Shown in pieces: positions 16,487 through 25,302 of a stretch of 32,000 nucleotides of DNA. Under the pieces are notes generated by a model that did no database searches, was not told the origin of the DNA, and saw only the letters and a program-made list of their open reading frames with translations. The translations under genes and the position numbers were made by a program. Location of the stretch: NCBI GenBank assembly GCA_002483345.1, contig DLHS01000009.1, positions 24,060 through 56,059 of the forward strand, in the 5' to 3' direction. Source of the stretch: Bacteroidetes bacterium UBA7662. Its GTDB lineage: Bacteria > Bacteroidota > Bacteroidia > UBA7662. Within the stretch, counting starts at the first letter, position 1, and every line of letters begins with the position of its first letter.

Positions 16487-17440
16487 CTAAAATACAGCAG
16501 AAGCTATCTGCCTGGTGGCTTCACTTTTACCCATGGTATAGAAATGGAGAACGGGTGCCCCCTTGGCTTTGAGCTCTTTGCACTGTGCTATGGCCCATTC
16601 TATCCCTATTTCCTTCACCTGTTTATCATCTTTGGCTTTCTCAACAGCATCAGAAAGCGCTTCGGGTATATCGATGTGAAACACCTTCGGTAATACAGTC
16701 AGCTGTTTTTTAGTGGCAATGGGTTTGATGCCCGGAATAATAGGTACCTCCATACCAGCTTTTCGGCATTTATCTACAAAATCAAAATATGCCTTGTTAT
16801 CGAAAAACATCTGGGTGGTGATGAACTCAGCCCCTGAATCCACTTTTTTCTTCAACCACAACATATCCGATTTCATATTGGGCGCATCCTGATGCTTTTC
16901 AGGATAACCTGCCACACCGATGCAAAAATCAGTATGAACCGGATTAACCAGGTCTTCATCCTCATATTTACCGGCATTCATACGCTTTACCTGATCCAGT
17001 AACTCAAGCGCGTTGGTATTTCCATCCAGCTCCGGAACAAACACAGTTTCGTGTTTCAGATTATCACCCCGCAGCACCAATACATTGTCGATGCCCAGAA
17101 AGTGGAGGTCAATGAGGGCATTTTCCGTTTCTTCGCGGTTAAAACCACCACAAATCAGGTGTGGAACAGCATCAACCTTAAATTTATTCATGATAGCCGC
17201 ACAGATAGCAACTGTACCCGGACGTTTACGGGTCGTGATACGCCGGAAAGTGCCATCCGGGAGGGGTTTCATGATAAACTCTTCCCGGTGATACGTCACA
17301 TCAATAAAGGGCGGATTGAACTCCATGAGGGGCTCAATACCGGCGTAAATCTGGTTGATATCCTGCCCCTTGAGCGGGGGGAGTATCTCGAAAGAGAAGA
17401 GGGTGTCTTTAGCGGTGGATATGTGGTCAGTGATTTTCAT
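16487..17440 (-). CDS. metF: 5,10-methylenetetrahydrofolate reductase
   Basis: 317 aa. The N-terminus LFSFEILPPLKG, the motifs DVTYHREE, HLICGG and GYPEKH, and the overall length match bacterial MetF. It sits in a metH context behind a SAM riboswitch. Confidence 0.92.
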   Translation of the reverse strand: MKITDHISTAKDTLFSFEILPPLKGQDINQIYAGIEPLMEFNPPFIDVTYHREEFIMKPLPDGTFRRITTRKRPGTVAICAAIMNKFKVDAVPHLICGGFNREETENALIDLHFLGIDNVLVLRGDNLKHETVFVPELDGNTNALELLDQVKRMNAGKYEDEDLVNPVHTDFCIGVAGYPEKHQDAPNMKSDMLWLKKKVDSGAEFITTQMFFDNKAYFDFVDKCRKAGMEVPIIPGIKPIATKKQLTVLPKVFHIDIPEALSDAVEKAKDDKQVKEIGIEWAIAQCKELKAKGAPVLHFYTMGKSEATRQIASAVF

Positions 17441-17454
17441 ATTTTTGGGGTTAA

Positions 17455-17525
17455 CACGGGGGGCACGGAGGGCACGGAGCAGAGGTTACGGAGGGCACGG
17501 AGCGGAGGTTACGGAGGACACGGAG
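17455..17525. repeat. Tandem array of CACGGAGG-type units (23-nt period, about 2.7 copies); left arm of the cassette
   Basis: ACGGAG occurs at 17465, 17474, 17488, 17497, 17511 and 17520, giving spacings of 9, 14, 9, 14, 9. The repeat unit is ACGGAGGGCACGGAGCRGAGGTT. The array ends 7 nt before the stop codon of the GxxExxY ORF. Confidence 0.9.
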
Positions 17526-17532
17526 TTGCCTT

Positions 17533-17913
17533 TTAAAGCACAATTCTGATGACACCTTGTTTTAGCAGCTCACAGTTAAAATTGATGAGCAACCCTACTT
17601 TGTGACGCGATAGTTTCAGATAAGTCATCAATTGCGCCTTGAACAGATTGTGTATGTGTTCTGCAGCTTTCAGTTCTATCAGAATTTTACCTTCAACCAG
17701 AAAATCTGCCCGGTAGCCACAATCAAGTCTTTCACCTTTGTATAACATAGGGATAGGCACCTCAACCCTGAAGCCCAGATTACGCTCTGTCAGTTCTTTC
17801 ATCAAAGCGACTTTGTATGCCGACTCCAGCAAACCTGGCCCGAGATTCCGGTGGACTTCAAGTGCTGCACTCCAGATTTTATCTGTTATATCACCGTGTA
17901 TAAGGGTTGTCAT
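17533..17913 (-). CDS. GxxExxY protein (PD-(D/E)XK nuclease-fold superfamily)
   Basis: 126 aa. It has the eponymous motif GLLESAY and the core RADFLVEGKILIELKA (D...ExK). From memory this matches the family known as TIGR04256 / Pfam PDDEXK_3. Confidence 0.85.
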   Translation of the reverse strand: MTTLIHGDITDKIWSAALEVHRNLGPGLLESAYKVALMKELTERNLGFRVEVPIPMLYKGERLDCGYRADFLVEGKILIELKAAEHIHNLFKAQLMTYLKLSRHKVGLLINFNCELLKQGVIRIVL

Positions 17914-18032
17914 TGCCTCTGTTTACTTCATGCCTTCTCCTTTCAAAACTCTGAATTTTATTTATTTGGTTTAAAGCTATTTTTATCAATTAACATTATA
18001 TAATACAATCGCTGCAAGTCATAGGCACAATG

Positions 18033-18073
18033 CGCTCCGAAACCCCCGCTCCGTGTCCTCCGTGCCCTCCGTG
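18033..18073. repeat. Inverted copy of the CACGGAGG-type array; right arm of the cassette
   Basis: CTCCGTG occurs at 18049, 18058 and 18067. The reverse complement of 18058-18073 equals 17464-17479 (16/16). The reverse complement of 18049-18063 equals 17511-17525 (15/15). The reverse complement of 18041-18055 matches 17496-17510 at 14/15. Confidence 0.9.
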
Positions 18074-18074
18074 T

Positions 18075-21000
18075 TTAATAATTCAGTGCAGGTGCCAGCC
18101 ATTTCTCCGCTTCTTTTAAAGTAACACCACGCCTTACCGCATAATCTGCCACCTGGTCCTTGCCTATTTTACCTACCCCGAAGTATTTGGCATCAGGATG
18201 GGCGAGATAGTAGCCACTAACAGCAGCTGCAGGCCACATGGCATAATGATCGGTAAGCACAAGGCCAATACGTTCTTCCACCTTCAGCACCTTCCAGAGG
18301 GTTCCCTTGTCGAGGTGATCGGGACAAGCCGGATACCCGGGGGCAGGGCGTATACCTCTGTATTTCTCCGCTATCAGGTCATCATTACTGAGGCGTTCAC
18401 TGGGCTCATAGCCCCAATATTCTCTGCGGACGCGTTCATGGAGGTGTTCGGCAAAGGCTTCCGCCAAACGATCGGCCAACGACTTCAGCAGGATGGCGTT
18501 GTAGTCATCGTGCTTGGCTTCGAATGCTTTCGCCCTTTCCTCGGCACCAAAAATACCGATGGCAAACAGACCGAAATAGTCCTGAAAACCGGTTTCTTCC
18601 GGGGCAATAAAATCAGACAGGGCCAGGTTGGGGAGGCCTGTCGTTTTTTGGGATTGTTGTCGGAGGGTGAGGAATTTTGCTACTTCCTCTGCCGCTCCTC
18701 CCAGGGTAGGGGTCGGGGATGGTGTCCGGATGACAATATCATCCCCCGCTGCATTGGCTTCAAACAGGCCAAACACCGCACGGGCATCAAGCCATTGTTC
18801 ACGGATGATGGTTTTCAGCATCTGCTGGGCCTCCTCAAACAACTTGGTAGCTGTCTCTCCAACCAGGGGGTCGTGCAGAATATCGGGGTATTTGCCATGC
18901 AATTCCCAGGCCTGGAAGAACGGTGTCCAATCTATGTAATCAGCTATCGTCTGTAAAGGGTACTGCCTGAATTCGTGTACCCCCGGCTGTTGCGGTACGC
19001 TCAGATCTGCCGGATCCCAGTTGATGGGAAAACAGTTGTTTCTGGCTTCCTCAATTGAAAGCAATACCTTTTCGCGACCGCGGCTGAGATAACCTTCTCT
19101 TAACTTATCGTAATCGGTTTTGGTATTGGCCGCAAAACCATCCCGCTGCTCCGGACTCAGCAAGCTGCTCACAACGGGTACTGAACGACTCGCATCCAGC
19201 ACATGCACCACGGTGCCACTGAATACGGGCGCAATTTTAACGGCTGTATGTGCCCGGGAGGTGGTTGCTCCACCTATCAGAAGTGGCTTTTTAATGCCCA
19301 AACGTTCCATTTCAGAAGCCACAAACACCATTTCATCGAGTGAAGGTGTTATCAGACCTGACAGGCCTATCACATCTACTTCATGATGAAGGGCTGCTTC
19401 GAGTATTTTATCGCAACTGACCATCACCCCCAGGTCAACCACATCATAATTATTGCATTGTAGTACGACACCAACAATGTTCTTACCTATGTCGTGTACA
19501 TCGCCCTTTACCGTAGCCATCAGGATTTTACCCTTGGCCTGGCGGTTCTGACCCGGATTGGCCAGTTTTTCTGCTTCCAGATAGGGCATCAGATAAGCAA
19601 CCGCCTTTTTCATGACGCGGGCGCTCTTCACGACCTGAGGCAGGAACATTTTACCGGCACCAAACAAATCGCCGACAACGTTCATACCGGCCATCAGCGG
19701 CCCTTCAATTACCTGTAACGGCTTATCGAATTCGTGGCGGGCTTCTTCCACATCCACATCAATATATTCATCTATTCCCTTGACGAGGGCATGGGTGAGA
19801 CGCTCCTGAACGGGTGCCAGGCGCCAGCTTTCATCTTTAGCCACCGCTTCCTTGCCGGGACCACCTTTGTATTGTTCAGCAAGTTGAATTAAACGCTCCG
19901 TAGCATCGGGACGGCGGTTAAAAAGTACATCCTCCACATGCAAAAGAAGCTCTTTGTCGATTTCCTCGTACACTTCGATCTGACCGGCATTGACAATCCC
20001 CATGTCCATACCTGCCTGAATGGCATGGTACAGAAAAGCGGCATGCATGGCTTCACGCACCTTGTCGTTGCCCCGGAAAGAGAAGGAGATATTGCTCACC
20101 CCGCCACTGACTTTCACGCCCGGCAGGTTCTCTTTGATCCATTTAGTGGCCTTGATGAAGTCGATGGCATAGTTATTATGTTCTTCTATACCCGTGGCGA
20201 CTGTAAGGATATTCGGGTCAAAAATGATATCCTCGGCAGGGAAACCAACTTCTTTGGTAAGAATATCATAGGCCCGCTGACAGATTTCGATGCGACGCTC
20301 GTAGCTATCGGCCTGGCCCTGTTCATCAAATGCCATGACAATGACAGCTGCACCATAGGCGAGTACCTGGTGAGCATAGTAGCGGAAACGCTCCTCCCCC
20401 TCTTTCATGGAGATAGAGTTGACAATAGCCTTTCCCTGCACGCATTTCAGACCTGCTTCGATGACACTCCATTTGGAAGAGTCGATCATCACCGGAACAC
20501 GGGCAATGTCGGGTTCGGCGGCAATCAGATTGAGAAAGCGGGTCATGGCTGCTTCTGAGTCGAGCATACCTTCGTCAAAATTCACGTCAATGACCTGAGC
20601 ACCGCTTTCAACCTGCTGCCGGGCGACTTCCACCGCGGCATCGAATTTTTCTTCCTTGATAAGTCTGGCGAACATGCGGGAGCCGGTAACGTTGGTCCGC
20701 TCGCCTACATTCACAAAATTGGTGGCTTTGGTGATGCTCACCGGCTCCAGGCCACTCAGATGAAGTACAGACTCCAGTTCCGGCAAGGTGCGCGGTACAT
20801 GCAATGCTGCTTCGGCGGCTATCTCGCGGATGTGATCGGGTGAGGTGCCACAACAACCGCCTATGATATTGACAAAGCTGTTGTCCAGAAAATCCTTGAT
20901 CTGCGCACGCATCATGGCAGGCGATTCGTCGTATTCTCCGAAGGCGTTCGGTAAGCCGGCATTCGGGTGGGCAGAGATACGGTATTTACTGGCTTTCGAC

Positions 21001-21776
21001 AATGATTGCAGGTGCGGGCGCATCTGTTTGGCTCCCAACGCGCAGTTTAAACCAATGCTGAGCAACGGCAGGTGCGACATGGAGTACAGAAATGCCTCTA
21101 CCGTCTGTCCTGAGAGGGTACGGCCACTGTTGTCGGTAATGGTACCGCTGACCATAATGGGCAGGGGTTGCTGCGACCGGTCGCGGAAATATCTATCAAT
21201 GGCATACAACGCCGCCTTGGCATTGAGGGTATCAAAAATTGTTTCAACCAGCAGCAAATCCACCCCTCCGTCTACCAATCCCTGCACCTGTTCGTAATAG
21301 GCTTCGACCAGTTCATCAAAGCTGATACTCCGGAAGCCCGGATTATTTACATCAGGGCTGATGCTGGCTGTTTTATTGGTGGGACCGATGGCACCTGCCA
21401 CAAAACGGGGTTTGTCCGGATGCAAAGCCGTGAAATCTGCTGCTACTTTTTTGGCTATGCGGGCTGATTCCAGGTTCAACTCATAACTCAGGGCCTCCAT
21501 GTGGTAATCTCCCATGGAAACGCGCTGCGCATTGAAGGTATTGGTTTCTGCAATGTCTGCGCCGGCCTCAAAATAGGCCCGGTGGATATTTTCTATGATT
21601 TGTGGCTGGGTAAGAGAAAGGAGTTCGTTATTGCCTTTGAGATCAGAGGCCCAGTCTTTGAAACGCTCACCCCGGTAATCAGCCTCTGAGAGTTTATAAT
21701 TCTGAATTTGCGTACCCATGGCGCCGTCCAGGACCAGGATGCGTTTTTTGAGTTCTTGTTGTATATCGTATTGCAT
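18075..21776 (-). CDS. metH: Cobalamin-dependent methionine synthase
   Basis: About 1233 aa with all four modules. These are the Hcy-binding N-terminus (LDGAMGT, GGCCGT), the pterin-binding domain, the B12-binding DxHxxG motif (GDVHDIGKN), and the C-terminal AdoMet reactivation domain. The track ORF start at 21788 is a TTG, so I use the ATG at 21774-21776 ([11 protein letters not shown]). Confidence 0.95.
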   Translation of the reverse strand: MQYDIQQELKKRILVLDGAMGTQIQNYKLSEADYRGERFKDWASDLKGNNELLSLTQPQIIENIHRAYFEAGADIAETNTFNAQRVSMGDYHMEALSYELNLESARIAKKVAADFTALHPDKPRFVAGAIGPTNKTASISPDVNNPGFRSISFDELVEAYYEQVQGLVDGGVDLLLVETIFDTLNAKAALYAIDRYFRDRSQQPLPIMVSGTITDNSGRTLSGQTVEAFLYSMSHLPLLSIGLNCALGAKQMRPHLQSLSKASKYRISAHPNAGLPNAFGEYDESPAMMRAQIKDFLDNSFVNIIGGCCGTSPDHIREIAAEAALHVPRTLPELESVLHLSGLEPVSITKATNFVNVGERTNVTGSRMFARLIKEEKFDAAVEVARQQVESGAQVIDVNFDEGMLDSEAAMTRFLNLIAAEPDIARVPVMIDSSKWSVIEAGLKCVQGKAIVNSISMKEGEERFRYYAHQVLAYGAAVIVMAFDEQGQADSYERRIEICQRAYDILTKEVGFPAEDIIFDPNILTVATGIEEHNNYAIDFIKATKWIKENLPGVKVSGGVSNISFSFRGNDKVREAMHAAFLYHAIQAGMDMGIVNAGQIEVYEEIDKELLLHVEDVLFNRRPDATERLIQLAEQYKGGPGKEAVAKDESWRLAPVQERLTHALVKGIDEYIDVDVEEARHEFDKPLQVIEGPLMAGMNVVGDLFGAGKMFLPQVVKSARVMKKAVAYLMPYLEAEKLANPGQNRQAKGKILMATVKGDVHDIGKNIVGVVLQCNNYDVVDLGVMVSCDKILEAALHHEVDVIGLSGLITPSLDEMVFVASEMERLGIKKPLLIGGATTSRAHTAVKIAPVFSGTVVHVLDASRSVPVVSSLLSPEQRDGFAANTKTDYDKLREGYLSRGREKVLLSIEEARNNCFPINWDPADLSVPQQPGVHEFRQYPLQTIADYIDWTPFFQAWELHGKYPDILHDPLVGETATKLFEEAQQMLKTIIREQWLDARAVFGLFEANAAGDDIVIRTPSPTPTLGGAAEEVAKFLTLRQQSQKTTGLPNLALSDFIAPEETGFQDYFGLFAIGIFGAEERAKAFEAKHDDYNAILLKSLADRLAEAFAEHLHERVRREYWGYEPSERLSNDDLIAEKYRGIRPAPGYPACPDHLDKGTLWKVLKVEERIGLVLTDHYAMWPAAAVSGYYLAHPDAKYFGVGKIGKDQVADYAVRRGVTLKEAEKWLAPALNY

Positions 21777-21802
21777 AAAAAAAGCCAAACGTTTCGTTTA
21801 GC
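21777..21802 (-). terminator. Putative riboswitch expression-platform terminator abutting the metH start codon
   Basis: The minus strand reads GCUAAACG-AAA-CGUUUGGC, an 8-bp stem with one G-U pair. U7 follows, and then the AUG of metH comes directly after. Confidence 0.45.
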
Positions 21803-21867
21803 TCATCCCCGAAGGTTCGGGTACAGACTTGCAAGTAGCACACAGCCCTTTTCAGCTGTTTCCTGCT

Positions 21868-21997
21868 TGCTCATCTCCTGCCTCAGTTATTTGTTAGTGG
21901 CAGCGGAATTGGCACCAGACCACCGTGAGGCAAGTGTCTCACGCTGCGGTTGCCAGGACTTCGTAGGGCCGTTCCCTCCGTCCTTCTGGATAAGCTT
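21868..21997 (-). promoter_or_regulatory. SAM-I (S-box) riboswitch aptamer
   Basis: The minus strand reads AGCUUAUCCAGAAGGACGGAGGGAACGGCCCUACGAAGUCCUGGCAACC...GGUGCCAAUUCCGCUGCC...GGCAGGAGAUGAGC. This matches the conserved SAM-I core almost position for position: CUUAUC.AGA..GG..GAGGGA..GGCCC.A.GAA..CC.GCAACC, then GGUGCCAAUUCC, then AGAUGAG closing P1. Confidence 0.9.
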
Positions 21998-22000
21998 TTG

Positions 22001-22031
22001 CAAAGATAACACTTCGGCTGTTTAATTCAAA
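22001..22031 (-). promoter_or_regulatory. Bacteroidota-type promoter for the riboswitch-metH transcript
   Basis: The minus strand has TTTG (22028-22031), 19 nt of spacer, then TATCTTTG (22001-22008). This is a perfect TTTG-N19-TAnnTTTG arrangement ending 6 nt before the riboswitch P1 helix. Confidence 0.5.
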
Positions 22032-22060
22032 ATGTCAAAAATATCGCAAACAGGATAAAA

Positions 22061-22747
22061 TTACTTTTTTACAAAGTGTCCTATCAGCAGGCCATACGCA
22101 CCGCCATCATAAGGCTCCGCTAACCGGATACTCTCATAAATCTTCGTTCCCCGCCTGAATTGTTGGTGCCATTGCTTTTCAAGATTGCCTGCAAGGCGTT
22201 CTGAAAAATCCCACCCTACTACCGTAGGTTCACAGAGAGCAGGCCTGCTGTGTATGTCTGATATAAGCAAAAAATCACCTCCAGGCTTTAAAACACGGCA
22301 AATCTCAGAGATAGCCGCGTCAAAATCATCCACATGGTCCAGCGAATTAAATGAACTCACCAAATCGAAAGAATTGCTTTCAAAGGGCATCAACTCTGCC
22401 GCTGCAGGCACATATTTCATGCGATGTTTCCCTTTGTTTAACTTCAGATACTGATTAGCCAGCGGGTCTAAACCAAAACAATCCGCTGAGGATGGCGCCC
22501 ACTCCAGGCTTCCGCGGGGACCACAACCTACATCCAGTATTTTTTTGCCTTCATAGTAGGTTGTTTCGAGACCAAAGCCCTCCGTAAAAACCCATTGATA
22601 GTGCCTGTTGGTAAGGCTACCTCCTTCTTTGAGACATTTCATGAGCCAATACAAGTATTCAAAGAGGTATTTAGCCCTTTTCTGCCCCAGCAGAAAGACC
22701 ATAAGTGCTCCTGTTTTGTCGTATAAAAACAACCTTACTCCATTCAT
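22061..22747 (-). CDS. Class I SAM-dependent methyltransferase
   Basis: Motif I is ILDVGCGPRG. Post-I and motif II-like segments are present (FDLVSSFNSLDHV, LKPGGDFLL). The start is uncertain, with in-frame Met at codons 1, 16 and 36. GC is lower than in the neighbouring genes. Confidence 0.8.
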   Translation of the reverse strand: MNGVRLFLYDKTGALMVFLLGQKRAKYLFEYLYWLMKCLKEGGSLTNRHYQWVFTEGFGLETTYYEGKKILDVGCGPRGSLEWAPSSADCFGLDPLANQYLKLNKGKHRMKYVPAAAELMPFESNSFDLVSSFNSLDHVDDFDAAISEICRVLKPGGDFLLISDIHSRPALCEPTVVGWDFSERLAGNLEKQWHQQFRRGTKIYESIRLAEPYDGGAYGLLIGHFVKK

Positions 22748-23153
22748 AGGTTCATATCCAGACAGGGATCAGCATTCCAGTCATGCCTGACCCAATTTAA
22801 AAGCACAATTATAGGCAAACAGTACCTAATTAGAAACAAGCGGAAACATCAATATGCTATTCTCAGGAGACAAGCTTTTTTTTTGATTTTAAATCATTAT
22901 TATAATTCAATTAATAATTATTCCTGGTTAGTATTTCTCTCCTTTTTCCCAACATCCTAACACAGATTAATTTGATTTCTGGTGCCTATTGACTAAAATA
23001 GCATCTTCATGAAGCGTTTGGTTTTAAAGGTGAAATCGCTTGTGGCGTAAGCTTTCTGATGGCTGGCGGGAGCTTTCATCCAAAATATAACGTATTCAAC
23101 AGGGGGTTAACACGTATCTGCCGGGCACATACAAGGAGTACCATTCACGAAAA

Positions 23154-24197
23154 ATGACAACAAAATATACACTTGGAGCTCCATTGAGCTTTGTTTCCAT
23201 AGTCCTGGCATTTTTAACAGCCTGTACTTCCGGGCCGGGCGAAACCGCCCCTTCTTTTAAATTACCCTACGAAGGGCATGTAGCCTTCCATACCCTGCCG
23301 CAGGCTCATTACAAAAGGACCCTGAAAGACACCTTGTTTTACCACTTCAAAGACTATTCAACCTATCGTATACTCCCGAAGGTCAGAGAACTGGGCCAAC
23401 AAATGCCCGAAAGATTTTTTGAGGTAGATAAACGTTTGTATTACCTCCATCAACAAGGTGTTTTTGATTTTGGAAGCCGCAGGTTTCACCCTTTCAGTAA
23501 TAAAAAAATAGCAAGTATCGTATCTCACAGCCAGTCCATTGTACAGTTTAATGGCCAAATAATATTCCAGCTGACATATGCCGATGAACCTGTCATCTCC
23601 GACCAACTGATCCATGCCAGTTTCCTTCAAAAACCCGGATTGGCAGCCTTCCGCTTACCTCTGATGGAAGACAGTCTGAAACTGACCTTTTTACCCGTTA
23701 GCAGGCAACCCGAAAAGGAAATACCCGCCAATGTTTTCCCGGGCTCTTCTTTTTATGTAAGTATGAACGACAGCAGCCTCCTCATCTCCTACAAGTCTTA
23801 CCCCCATATCCAAAGCTGGCAAAGTCAGGATACAGCCGCCCGGCTGATTACCCGCTTTAAACCCCTGACCGGGTTTGGACAACGTCCCTTTCCATTCGGA
23901 GAAACATCCATTTCCAAAAGGAAGGTCTATTTTAAAGGGCAGCCGTTTTACTTCGAAGCCTATCCGGAGGGACAAAAGATTTACAGACTCCTTAAAACCA
24001 GAAAAAAACTTTACTTGTGTGTTGCAGATTTGGAAGCAGGTGTTTCCCGTTACATCCACATACCGGCAGATCATGGGGTTGTTACACTTCTTAAAGCGGG
24101 CAACCATGTATTTTACATTAAAGTAAAGTTTGAAAAGGCACATCGGCTGGTTCAGCATCGTCCGGTAGAAGAGCTGATAGATTTGTACGAACGATGA
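23154..24197 (+). CDS. Orphan lipoprotein, no recognisable family
   Basis: 347 aa with the lipobox LAFLTACTSG and a Tyr/Phe/Lys-rich, beta-rich composition. I could not recognise any motif. Confidence 0.6.
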   Translation: MTTKYTLGAPLSFVSIVLAFLTACTSGPGETAPSFKLPYEGHVAFHTLPQAHYKRTLKDTLFYHFKDYSTYRILPKVRELGQQMPERFFEVDKRLYYLHQQGVFDFGSRRFHPFSNKKIASIVSHSQSIVQFNGQIIFQLTYADEPVISDQLIHASFLQKPGLAAFRLPLMEDSLKLTFLPVSRQPEKEIPANVFPGSSFYVSMNDSSLLISYKSYPHIQSWQSQDTAARLITRFKPLTGFGQRPFPFGETSISKRKVYFKGQPFYFEAYPEGQKIYRLLKTRKKLYLCVADLEAGVSRYIHIPADHGVVTLLKAGNHVFYIKVKFEKAHRLVQHRPVEELIDLYER

Positions 24198-24356
24198 CCC
24201 GCATACAATAGCAGCCTTATCAGACCATCACAGCTAGTCCCGGCATGCTGCGTTATCCACCGACGCCTGCAGGTGCAGCCGACGGCACCAAGCGTCCGGC
24301 TGTTACCGGTCAACAGATTTTCCGCTCACCCCCACTCTCCCGCCAGACACAGTCAA

Positions 24357-24426
24357 TCCACTCTCCACTCCACACTCTCCACTCTCCACTCTCCACTCTC
24401 CACTCTCCACTCTCCACTCTCCACTC
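24357..24426. repeat. Heptanucleotide microsatellite (TCCACTC)n
   Basis: Seven perfect consecutive units span 24378-24426. Three further units lie upstream, two perfect (24357, 24364) and one variant CACACTC (24371). The array sits inside a 78-nt tract with no G on the plus strand (24357-24434) and ends in C6. Confidence 0.95.
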
Positions 24427-24487
24427 CACCCCCCGATAGCACAAATATCCGGCGCAATGATTAACTTCTCCCGCCAAACCCAATACC

Positions 24488-25216
24488 ATGCAACGCCACC
24501 TCGACCACTGGCATAGCCCCTCCCTGAACAAGGATATGCCCATTGCCTCTTATGGCCATTATGGATTTGCTCTTCTGCTCGTCCCGACTGCAGCAGCAGA
24601 TTATCTTGAATACGAACGTTTTCAACTCCTCGACAGTCTGCAGGAGCACCTCAACGGAGGCAAAATAAGGGTCTTTTCGGTCGACAGCATCAACAATGAA
24701 AGCTGGCTCAACAACCAGATGCATCCCGGAAACAAAGCCGAACGACACGATCAGTGGAACAATTATATCTTTCAGGAAGTGATTCCCTACATAAAAAAGG
24801 CAACCTCGGCCGAAACACCCATCGTGGTTGCCGGTGCTTCATTCGGGGCATTGCACAGCATGAACCTTTTTTTACGCCGGCCTGATCTGATTAATGGGGT
24901 GATAGCCATGAGCGGTGTTTATAACCTGATGGAATACACCAAAGGATTCTACAACGACAAAGTATACTTCAACAGCCCTTCTCATTACATCCCGAATCTG
25001 GAAGACCACCACCTGCTGGAAACCATCCGGGCTGGCCGGATCATCGTATCCACCGGAAGCGGGGCCTATGAAGATCCGGGGGCTTCCCGCGATTTCGGAG
25101 GTGTGCTCAACAGCAAAAATATTCCACACGAACTGAGTATATGGGGACAGGAATGGACCCATGATTGGCCTACCTGGCGGGAAATGTTGCCATTTTTTAT
25201 CCGTGAACGCTTCTGA
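24488..25216 (+). CDS. Esterase-family alpha/beta hydrolase (putative esterase type)
   Basis: 242 aa with the nucleophile motif GASFGA (GxSxG) and distal Asp/His candidates (EDP..., THDWPTW). The overall layout matches small esterase D / putative-esterase proteins. Confidence 0.75.
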   Translation: MQRHLDHWHSPSLNKDMPIASYGHYGFALLLVPTAAADYLEYERFQLLDSLQEHLNGGKIRVFSVDSINNESWLNNQMHPGNKAERHDQWNNYIFQEVIPYIKKATSAETPIVVAGASFGALHSMNLFLRRPDLINGVIAMSGVYNLMEYTKGFYNDKVYFNSPSHYIPNLEDHHLLETIRAGRIIVSTGSGAYEDPGASRDFGGVLNSKNIPHELSIWGQEWTHDWPTWREMLPFFIRERF

Positions 25217-25302
25217 AATTCCTTTAAACATCTGAATCACTGCGTCTTATTTATTTCATGAAAAAGATAAGATTGTCCTTTTCTATTTTGGATAAATTTA
25301 TC

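Larger units (their letters stand above)
17451..18078 (-). mobile_element. Putative inserted cassette (inverted-repeat-flanked GxxExxY ORF) between metH and metF
   Basis: Inverted repeat arms sit at both ends, with TTAA immediately outside each arm (17451-17454 and 18075-18078). The AT-rich interior carries a single small ORF. The element occupies essentially the whole 634-bp metH-metF spacer. Mobility is inferred, not shown. Confidence 0.4.

Noticed and set aside
17051-17549. Plus-strand ORFs 17051-17536 and 17355-17549, ending in GGTEGTEQRLRRARSGGYGGHG.
   Set aside because: They are antisense to metF and then simply read through the CACGGAGG repeat array, so they are not credible proteins.
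17455-18073. Whether the CACGGAGG arrays, or the heptamer array at 24357-24426, could be CRISPR arrays.
   Set aside because: The units are 7-23 nt and directly abutting, with no unique spacers. No cas genes are present. The two CACGGAGG arrays are in inverted orientation around an ORF.
18198-21689. Many plus-strand ORFs of 60-250 aa, for example 18198-18956, 19938-20558, 20845-21297 and 21168-21467.
   Set aside because: All lie antisense within the uninterrupted, motif-rich metH reading frame and have low-complexity or unrecognisable translations. They are shadow ORFs. The same applies to antisense ORFs inside the kinases, ligase, symporter, KAS III, SDR, nrdA and other genes.
21908-21925. 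TGGCAC on the plus strand (ttggcaccagaccacc) as a sigma-54 -24 element.
   Set aside because: It is the complement of the conserved GGUGCCAA segment of the SAM-I riboswitch. It has no -12 TTGC at the right spacing and there is no downstream plus-strand gene.
22748-23153. Replication origin. The AT-rich 406-bp spacer sits where the gene orientation switches from mostly minus to mostly plus.
   Set aside because: No cluster of DnaA boxes is present. The only near-consensus TTATCCACC lies at 24254-24262, outside the spacer. No dnaA or dnaN lies nearby, and both flanks contain genes on the other strand. Confirmation would need whole-genome GC skew.
24245-24543. ORFs 24245-24439(+), 24273-24464(+) and 24310-24543(-), encoding HSPLSTLHSPLSTL or GEWRVESGEWRVES repeats.
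   Set aside because: These are translations of the heptanucleotide microsatellite in different frames. A 7-nt unit cycles through all frames. There is no start context and no flanking coding signal.
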